DNA of 28,330 nt, taken from IMG/VR virus record IMGVR_UViG_3300028925_003959; one strand, given 5' to 3'. A program made the position numbers and the translations under genes. Below are positions 23,128-28,330 of the stretch, in pieces. Each line of letters opens with the position of its first letter. Position 1 is the stretch's first letter. The notes under the pieces were generated by a model. The model worked only from the letters and a program-made list of their open reading frames with translations, was not told the DNA's origin and did not search any database. Origin of the DNA: a virus.

Positions 23128-23686
23128 TTAGTTTCTTTTTTAATTGCTCCCTTACTTTGTCAATGGTTGTGAAAAGACTTCCTCGTGAAATTTTAGTTTT
23201 TGCGGCGAGTGAATCAAGAGTGTTTCCTTCATAATAATATAAAGTAAATACTTTGGAATCATACCAATTCATCTGGTCTAGAGCTGCGTCGATTCTTTCT
23301 AGGTTAACCCATTGATAGTCATTTACTATCTCATTAGGTAAGTTATAAAGGTGCTTAGCCGTAGAAGTATCCCCTGCCGTTATTTCATCATAAGTAACTG
23401 ACATAGCAAAACTGTCGATATGTTTATAATATTTTTTGTATTTATAATAGAAAGTGCTTCTCGGACTTGTCAAAGACCTTCTTAAGGCTACTGCTCCATA
23501 TCTTGTAATTCCTAAGGAACCGTCTTTCTCATAAATATTTCTAATTACATCAGGGTTTACTTGTAATAAATAAAGCATAAGTTCCTGAACCGCTTCATTA
23601 ACTTCATTTTCGTCTGATGTTAGTCCGTATGCCATAGTCCTGAACTTGTCTGATAGCTTAGCTATTTCTTCATAAATCTTTTCCAT
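23120..23686 (-). CDS. Phage-encoded sigma-70 family (ECF-like) RNA polymerase sigma factor
   Basis: Region-2-like segment EAVQELMLYLLQV...YGAVALRRSL. Clear region-4 HTH: SKVFTLYYYEGNTLDSLAAKTKISRGSLFTTIDKVREQLKKKL. 188 aa. Confidence 0.7.
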   Translation of the reverse strand: MEKIYEEIAKLSDKFRTMAYGLTSDENEVNEAVQELMLYLLQVNPDVIRNIYEKDGSLGITRYGAVALRRSLTSPRSTFYYKYKKYYKHIDSFAMSVTYDEITAGDTSTAKHLYNLPNEIVNDYQWVNLERIDAALDQMNWYDSKVFTLYYYEGNTLDSLAAKTKISRGSLFTTIDKVREQLKKKLSE

Positions 23687-24042
23687 TATTCTTTTATTAT
23701 TTCTATCCGGTCTATCTTATCTACGGTATCTTGTACCAGCTCATTAAGAACTAATCGGTATGCTCTAACTATTGCTGCATTCTTCTTTGTTTCAACTCCT
23801 GCAAAGAATCCGTTTGTTGCTACTGAAAGGTTTATAGGTATAATCATTAACCAATCCCAAAAATTTTGTTCTCTTTGCCCTTCGCCGTATGCATTTGAGT
23901 ATTCTATTATTACTTCTACAACCTCTAAGTAATTTTCGTATCGGTCTATCGTGCTTACGTCCTTTGCAAACTCTTGGCACATTATTATGAATGATTCTAC
24001 TATCGCTCGGTGTTCTTCATTCGCATAAATCGGTTCTATCAT
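23686..24042 (-). CDS. Hypothetical protein (118 aa)
   Basis: ORF coupled to the sigma gene by a TAATG overlap. No family recognised. Confidence 0.5.
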   Translation of the reverse strand: MIEPIYANEEHRAIVESFIIMCQEFAKDVSTIDRYENYLEVVEVIIEYSNAYGEGQREQNFWDWLMIIPINLSVATNGFFAGVETKKNAAIVRAYRLVLNELVQDTVDKIDRIEIIKE

Positions 24043-24063
24043 ATGCCAAAGATAACCAAAATA

Positions 24064-24474
24064 TTATTCAATCCCCTTTTCTTTTTTTAAGTTTTCAACA
24101 ATTAGCTTATAATATCTTATTTGTTCTTCATACTCTACTCTTGAAATTTTATACGTAGTCCTAGCAAAGTGTTCTAATTCTTCGGCTGTACCCTCTCCGT
24201 ACTTTTCATCTAGCCTAAGTGAGAAAAGGTACTGCTCTCCTTGAGAAAACATATTACACTTGATACACTGCACTTGACAATTTTCTTCGTCAAATCTTGT
24301 CGCCATATGTTTTCGACTTTGGAAGTGACCGTTCTGCATTCCGTCTTTATAGTGCCTGACTACTCCACAAGTTATGCACTGTATATAGCCAAATTCGTTT
24401 GCGTCTCTTAATCTTATGTAAAAACTAAACCATTTGTCTAACTCTTTTTTTAGTTTACTAATTGTTTTCTTCAT
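24064..24474 (-). CDS. ninG: NinG/Rap-family recombination endonuclease
   Basis: LDKWFSFYIRLRD...CITCG...MQNGHFQSRKHMATRFDEENCQVQCIKCNMFSQG matches the NinG pattern (YIRlRD, CxxCG, aGH, QCxxCN). Confidence 0.7.
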   Translation of the reverse strand: MKKTISKLKKELDKWFSFYIRLRDANEFGYIQCITCGVVRHYKDGMQNGHFQSRKHMATRFDEENCQVQCIKCNMFSQGEQYLFSLRLDEKYGEGTAEELEHFARTTYKISRVEYEEQIRYYKLIVENLKKEKGIE

Positions 24475-24769
24475 ATCCTAAATTTCTTTTAACTATGTTT
24501 TGCTTTGTTGTTTGTCTATCTATATATACTTTCCCCCTTAGTCCTACGTGCTTTTCTTGTAATAAAGCTCTGTATCTCCTTATAGTTTTTGCGTTAGTCA
24601 ATTTACTGGCCGCAATTAATCCCATAAACTCCATGCAATTTAGTTTGTGAGGGTCTAACCCGTTGTGTTTCATCTCATTAAACCAAAACGTGCAAATAAG
24701 TTTATTGTCACTATCTTTTAAGTGAGGGTGCTTTTCTAATAATAACTGAACTTCATCTTTAGTTTTCAT
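24458..24769 (-). CDS. Hypothetical protein (103 aa)
   Basis: ORF immediately downstream of the ThyA-like gene. No family recognised. Confidence 0.5.
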   Translation of the reverse strand: MKTKDEVQLLLEKHPHLKDSDNKLICTFWFNEMKHNGLDPHKLNCMEFMGLIAASKLTNAKTIRRYRALLQEKHVGLRGKVYIDRQTTKQNIVKRNLGYEENN

Positions 24770-24771
24770 AA

Positions 24772-25419
24772 TTATACATTTAATTCAAATTTGACTTTGT
24801 CCCCTCTTAAGAGAGAGCTAGTATTATCTATGTTATTACTATAAATATGAGCGTTACCTATAAAGAACGTGATATTTCCTAATGGTATATTTATTTTTTT
24901 ACTAATTAAGTACGCTTGATATATATCACTAGGTAGACCTAAGTTACTGTCTGCTGACCTTTGAAAAACAGTAATAAATAACTCTCCATCACTTATTTGG
25001 AATTGTATAAGGGACAAACAGGGTAATTGACTAGTCTTAATTCCCGTTTCTCCTATGAAAAGCATATAATTTTTTGAAGACCTTTTTTCCTTATTAATTT
25101 TATCTATAAGTGCAGGCAATTTTTTAAAGTATGTTGGGTAGGTATTAATCATTTCAGGAAAGCAATAATCCCACCACGCGATACCCACCTCATTATATTT
25201 AGCTACAGATGTTATACCATTACAATACAATTCAAGTTCAGCAGCGAGCTTAGTTTTAGCTATAGGATGCTCTTCTAATATCCTTAGCACTTCTGTTTTG
25301 TCTAAATTTAGTGTCTCATTAATTAGATAGGTTATATTTCCTTTCTTATTTTTCTGTTTTTTTCCAACTATTAGAATTTTTTCTAATAATTCATAATACT
25401 TATTCAATTTATTTTTCAT
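24772..25419 (-). CDS. Divergent, short ThyA-family pyrimidine C5-(hydroxy)methylase with dCMP-type specificity residue
   Basis: An ungapped match to E. coli ThyA runs from the catalytic Cys onward. Ours: PCLSLIQFQISDGELFITVFQRSADSNLGLPSD. E. coli: [33 protein letters not shown]. Also GNAHIYSNN vs GDTHLYSNH. Cys134 equals Cys146. The residue 31 positions later is Asp165 (GAT, 24925..24927) where thymidylate synthases have Asn177. Confidence 0.75.
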   Translation of the reverse strand: MKNKLNKYYELLEKILIVGKKQKNKKGNITYLINETLNLDKTEVLRILEEHPIAKTKLAAELELYCNGITSVAKYNEVGIAWWDYCFPEMINTYPTYFKKLPALIDKINKEKRSSKNYMLFIGETGIKTSQLPCLSLIQFQISDGELFITVFQRSADSNLGLPSDIYQAYLISKKINIPLGNITFFIGNAHIYSNNIDNTSSLLRGDKVKFELNV

Positions 25420-25547
25420 ATCTTTTCTCCTTTAGGTTGTCTTACAACAGGAACGTATCTGTATACTTCCGGTTGCTTAAATCCAAACATCATTTTGAAA
25501 CTTCCTGTCTTTTCAGGGTTGTACAATTTTCCTTTTTCTGTTTTCAT
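25416..25547 (-). CDS. Small ORF absent from the ORF track (43 aa, MKTEKGKLYNPEKTGSFKMMFGFKQPEVYRYVPVVRQPKGEKI)
   Basis: My own translation. The ATG (25545..25547) lies 4 nt after the DnaC-like stop. Its TGA (25416..25418) overlaps the ThyA-like ATG (25417..25419) as ATGA. It fills the 132-nt gap exactly. Confidence 0.4.
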   Translation of the reverse strand: MKTEKGKLYNPEKTGSFKMMFGFKQPEVYRYVPVVRQPKGEKI

Positions 25548-25551
25548 ATTT

Positions 25552-26127
25552 TTATTTTCTAAAGCTTTCGCCTTTAATTATTATTACTTTACATTTTCTT
25601 AATCTGTCTAATGTCCTATCGTCATATCTTTTCTTTAGTGCTTCAGGGGATAAGTTAGTCGTTATTAATAAAGTCTTTGAACTATCTTCAGCATAAGAAA
25701 TTGCGTCTGCTACAGCGTCTATTTTTGTACCGTAATCATTCTTAATGCTTTCAGTTCCTAAGTCATCAATGATAATAAAAGTAGTTATGCTTTTTTCAAC
25801 CACTCCTAAGTCTTTTGCTGATACACTTTTTAGACTCTTGTTTGTCTTGGTTCTAAAAATTGCAGGAATAACATAATTTAGAATAGTAGACTTCCCTAAT
25901 CCACATTCACCCATTAACATCAGACCCCTTCCTTTCGTGTCTTCTAACCAATCAATTATTTCGTCATAAGCAGGAAGGTGCTTATAAGTGTCTATCGTCC
26001 TGTCATAGTGCTTAAAAGCCTTAATAAACATATCTTTCAATTCCTCTTTAGTTCCTAACTTGAACCTGTTGTAAACTTTAGGTTTAAGAAATTCAGCTAT
26101 TTTAAATGTATCTTCTATTGTTCTCAT
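25552..26127 (-). CDS. DnaC/IstB-like AAA+ ATPase (helicase loader)
   Basis: Walker A GECGLGKST and Walker B FIIIDDLG, with TLLITTN (sensor-like). 191 aa, downstream of the initiator-like gene. Confidence 0.7.
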   Translation of the reverse strand: MRTIEDTFKIAEFLKPKVYNRFKLGTKEELKDMFIKAFKHYDRTIDTYKHLPAYDEIIDWLEDTKGRGLMLMGECGLGKSTILNYVIPAIFRTKTNKSLKSVSAKDLGVVEKSITTFIIIDDLGTESIKNDYGTKIDAVADAISYAEDSSKTLLITTNLSPEALKKRYDDRTLDRLRKCKVIIIKGESFRK

Positions 26128-26132
26128 AATTT

Positions 26133-26849
26133 TTAAAATGTTCCATCACCATAGTCTTGACCTTTTTCGTGTCTATGTGATGTAGTGTTATTATTAGGTT
26201 TATCCCACTTCTTTTGATTTGCAGCCCAATTCTTTAATCTTAAAGAAGTACTCCAAGTTTTGTTTAATTCAAATTTCATTTTTGTATTTGACTTATTTGG
26301 TTCTGTCCAATAATCTATAAAGCCGTTTAATATACTTTCATTATAATCAAAAGTTAAAACCTCAAAAACAAATTCATTTTTTCTATTTGATATATTAGTT
26401 ATTATTATTTCTTTATTCTTATTGTTATTCTTATTAATAGTTTGCTCTTTTTTAACAGCAAGTTGTTCACTTTCTTCACAACTAGTTTGCTCTTTTTTAA
26501 TAACTTGCTTTACACTTTCTTCACAACTAGTATTGAAGTAGCTTAAAAGCTTGATTTCAATAATTTTAAAGTGCTGCTTTGCTGGAATGCCTACTAATTG
26601 AGTTTCAATTATACCTGAATCTTTAAGATTCTTAATTGCTTTTCTTTGTTGATGTGAAGTTAATGAAGTATCTCTTTCTATATTCTTAGCTGTATTAAAA
26701 AACCAGCCATCGGTCATGCCATTAGCTATAAAGTATTCTTCTTTACTTATTAGGTCAGCAAGTAGTACAGCCTCTTTTAATCCTACTTGCCTAGCTAATT
26801 CTTTGTTTAATACTATAAATGCTGTACTACTTAATAGATGTTTCATCAT
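26133..26849 (-). CDS. Replication initiator / replisome-organiser-like winged-helix protein with an internal 15-aa tandem repeat
   Basis: The N-terminal LARQVGLKEAVLLADLISKEEYF...DGWFFNTAKNIERDTSLTSHQQRKAIKNLKDSGIIE is typical of DnaD/phage-O-like N-terminal domains. Mid-protein repeat: SCEESVKQVIKKEQT / SCEESEQLAVKKEQT. Confidence 0.5.
   Translation of the reverse strand: MMKHLLSSTAFIVLNKELARQVGLKEAVLLADLISKEEYFIANGMTDGWFFNTAKNIERDTSLTSHQQRKAIKNLKDSGIIETQLVGIPAKQHFKIIEIKLLSYFNTSCEESVKQVIKKEQTSCEESEQLAVKKEQTINKNNNKNKEIIITNISNRKNEFVFEVLTFDYNESILNGFIDYWTEPNKSNTKMKFELNKTWSTSLRLKNWAANQKKWDKPNNNTTSHRHEKGQDYGDGTF
26438..26527. repeat. Two tandem 45-bp units (about 38/45 identical) inside the initiator gene, next to a duplicated 11-mer TTATTCTTATT (26413..26423, 26425..26435)
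   Basis: Unit 1 (26438..26482): tagtttgctcttttttaacagcaagttgttcactttcttcacaac. Unit 2 (26483..26527): tagtttgctcttttttaataacttgctttacactttcttcacaac. A third unit begins with tag at 26528..26530. Confidence 0.85.
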
Positions 26850-27355
26850 ATGACTTTGTATTGATAATGGTAATCTTTGAGTGCAAATTTAATAATTTCA
26901 ATAACATTATAGAAATTTTGGTGACTTAATTGTAAATTAACATAAAAGTTTCCTGATCTTAATACTAGTTCTGTATTGTAAGTAAGACTTGAATTAATTT
27001 TATACTTATCTAGGAATTTCTTAAAAGAAGCTTGAGTTGTAAAGTATTTCTTTTTCTTCTTTTGATTACAATAAGCTATGTAAACATTTATAAAAGTTTC
27101 CCTGTACTTTGGAAATGAAATATAATTAGACTGATGAAATTTCTCATAATGATATATATTACTCCTATCTCTTTTTAACTCCTTTGCTATTACTGTTTGA
27201 TGTATATTTTCCTCTAGTCTTGCAATCATACTTATAACAGCTCTAGGTATTTGGTACTTCTGTTCCCTAGACTTTTTAGATAGTGAGCCTTTAGGCAACC
27301 CTACTAACTCTGTAGTAAGGTTGCAAAGGTTTTTAAAGTTTTCTTTATCAGTCAT
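26846..27355 (-). CDS. DnaA C-terminal-domain-like HTH protein
   Basis: IPRAVISMIARLEENIHQTVIAKELKRDRSNIYHYEKF resembles DnaA domain IV (R..amyl.r.....s...Ig......dhstv.ha). It has a 4-nt ATGA-type overlap with the downstream gene. Confidence 0.4.
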   Translation of the reverse strand: MTDKENFKNLCNLTTELVGLPKGSLSKKSREQKYQIPRAVISMIARLEENIHQTVIAKELKRDRSNIYHYEKFHQSNYISFPKYRETFINVYIAYCNQKKKKKYFTTQASFKKFLDKYKINSSLTYNTELVLRSGNFYVNLQLSHQNFYNVIEIIKFALKDYHYQYKVI

Positions 27356-27356
27356 C

Positions 27357-27701
27357 TTAGAAAGGTAAATCGTCAGGAGTAGTACCTGGAAAATGTACGT
27401 CTAATCCTTCAGGCATAGCTGTTTCAGGAGTCTTTTTGACGAACCAATATCCGTCTATATTGTGGAAGTATTTTCCGTTGTATTCTCTTGAAGATACGTT
27501 GCACTTGATTAAAACTTCATCACCTACTGAAAGTTTATTCAAGTCTTTAATTTTCTCATCTCCGAAAGCTGTTACTGCTATTTCAGGATTATATTCTGCA
27601 CCTGTGTCTACAACTACAGTTTGCTTTTTCCAAACCTTTTCAGACTTTGAGATTCCTGATTCTACATCTAACTTCTTTACTAATGTTCCTTTTACTTCCA
27701 T
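27357..27701 (-). CDS. ssb: DUF3127-type OB-fold single-stranded DNA-binding protein with SSB-like acidic tail
   Basis: MEVKGTLVKKLDVESGISKSEKVWKKQTVVVDT...FGDEKI...VGDEVLIKCNVSSREYNGKYF follows the DUF3127 pattern. The C-terminus ends DDLPF, like the bacterial SSB tail DDDIPF. Confidence 0.7.
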   Translation of the reverse strand: MEVKGTLVKKLDVESGISKSEKVWKKQTVVVDTGAEYNPEIAVTAFGDEKIKDLNKLSVGDEVLIKCNVSSREYNGKYFHNIDGYWFVKKTPETAMPEGLDVHFPGTTPDDLPF

Positions 27702-27743
27702 TTTTATTGTGCCTGTTTTTGCAGGACTTTATTAATTAAATTA

Positions 27744-28292
27744 TTATCCTTGAATCATTATACCTAATGTTTCGGATTGTTTTTTACTCATTTTATAGTT
27801 GCTCATCTTTCTTGATACAGCTTCACCTTTTCCTGTATTGATTGCTTCTAACATTGCATTGTAAATATCAGTAGTCATTTGAGGTTTTGAAGCAGGTTCG
27901 TTTACTCTATTACTATCAGCATCTTTAGTGTCATCTAATAAGAATAAATTTCCGAGAGCATATTTCTTTGCATAGCTGCTAGAACTTCCGAAAGATTGTG
28001 CTATATCCATTCCTTTTCTTTCAGGGTTTATTCCTGCTTGAGCTTCTACAAAGATAGTTTTTTCTCCATCTGAAATAGATACTTTAGAGTTTAAAACTAA
28101 GTAGCCTGCAATCTCTTGAGTTGTTTCTGTTATCGTTAAGTAACAACCATACTTATTTAAAAGTGGTTTAACGGCTTCTAAGATGTCTTCAGCACTTCTG
28201 TACTTATACTTACCAAAACTATTGAATTGGTTCTTAGGTGCTTTTAATTCGCTTTGTATAGCTATTAAATAGTCTGTCTTTTCTGTTTTCAT
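27744..28292 (-). CDS. erf: ERF-family single-strand annealing recombinase
   Basis: NSFGKYKYRSAEDILEAVKPLL and GSSSSYAKKYALGNLFLLDD match ERF hallmarks (Y.YA.L..I...v.p; GSa.TYArRYaL). The ATG at 28290..28292 lies inside the terminal repeat. Confidence 0.8.
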   Translation of the reverse strand: MKTEKTDYLIAIQSELKAPKNQFNSFGKYKYRSAEDILEAVKPLLNKYGCYLTITETTQEIAGYLVLNSKVSISDGEKTIFVEAQAGINPERKGMDIAQSFGSSSSYAKKYALGNLFLLDDTKDADSNRVNEPASKPQMTTDIYNAMLEAINTGKGEAVSRKMSNYKMSKKQSETLGIMIQG

Positions 28293-28330
28293 TATCTTGT
28301 TCTTAAAATTAATGCTTTTCTACCTTTTTG
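28232..28330. repeat. Terminal direct repeat, copy 2 (identical to 1..99)
   Basis: Base-for-base identity with 1..99 checked by eye. Confidence 0.95.

Noticed and set aside
23441-23452. 11/12 match to the late motif (TTCTATTATAAA on the minus strand) inside the sigma factor gene
   Set aside because: It has one mismatch in the core and lies in coding sequence, where it spells F-Y-Y-K. It could be a weak internal promoter, but chance similarity in AT-rich Tyr/Lys codons is at least as likely.
23792-23980. 62-aa minus-strand ORF nested in another frame of the 118-aa gene
   Set aside because: It is an Arg/Lys/Cys-rich low-complexity translation wholly contained in the longer ORF. The longer ORF is coupled by TAATG to the sigma gene.
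27711-27726. Short hairpin CCTG-N6-CAGG between the ERF and SSB genes, as a possible terminator
   Set aside because: The stem is only 4 bp, there is no U tract, and the two genes are expected to be co-transcribed.
1789-27735. Other plus-strand track ORFs: 1789..2061, 4412..4597, 10191..10424, 11583..11771, 18273..18524, 19210..19446, 19704..19940, 24462..24650 and 27436..27735
   Set aside because: Each is fully or largely antisense to a longer minus-strand gene with recognisable features. Their sequences are hydrophobic, Ser/Leu/Phe-rich products typical of antisense frames in AT-rich DNA. None has a TAnnTTTG-type promoter.
1-28330. Search by eye for CRISPR arrays, tRNA/tmRNA, integrase or att repeats, reverse transcriptase/DGR repeats, toxin-antitoxin pairs and known defence-system ATPases/nucleases
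   Set aside because: Nothing fits: there are no spaced direct repeats, no cloverleaf-capable segments and no recombinase or RT motifs. The only repeats are the terminal overlap, the 45-bp tandem and the five 12-mers reported above.

Overview
The window is one complete, AT-rich tailed dsDNA phage genome. Bases 1..99 are identical to 28232..28330, so the unique length is 28231 bp and the contig closes on itself. All genes but one are on the minus strand, tightly packed, with many TAATG or ATGA stop/start overlaps. No Shine-Dalgarno sequences are visible, leaders are A-rich, and two promoters fit the TTTG/TAnnTTTG pattern. Together these point to a Bacteroidota (Flavobacteriia-like) host, which is an inference.

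Transcription appears to start at a promoter near 745..776 and run around the circle to a terminator at 830..864. Gene order in that direction:
- Two small early ORFs.
- Recombination: ERF annealase, a DUF3127-type SSB with a DDLPF tail, and later NinG and NinB.
- Replication: a DnaA-C-like HTH protein, a winged-helix initiator and a DnaC-like loader.
- A divergent ThyA-family enzyme, then a phage sigma-70/ECF-like factor.
- TerS and TerL, then neck, baseplate and fibre genes and a tape-measure-like protein.
- XkdF-like protease with coiled-coil paralogs, scaffold, HK97-like capsid protein, tail tube, a LamG protein and the portal.
- A lysis cassette and a metallophosphoesterase.

No integrase, repressor, tRNA, CRISPR array or reverse transcriptase was seen.

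The most interesting signals:
1. An invariant 12-mer, TTCTATTATATA, sits upstream of five late transcription units. Together with the phage sigma factor it suggests phage-specific late promoters, partly leaderless.
2. The ThyA homolog carries Asp at the Asn177 specificity position, the dCMP-type signature. This suggests C5-modified cytosine DNA.
3. A U9 slippery run has a long open -1 frame that fills an otherwise empty 165-nt gap. This resembles a G/GT-type frameshift, but in a non-canonical position.
4. A lone plus-strand ORF with a host-type promoter lies inside the head module.
5. Iteron-like repeats lie inside the replication initiator gene.
6. The order of the structural genes is scrambled relative to the canonical layout.

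All family calls come from reading the translations against remembered family consensus. No searches were run.
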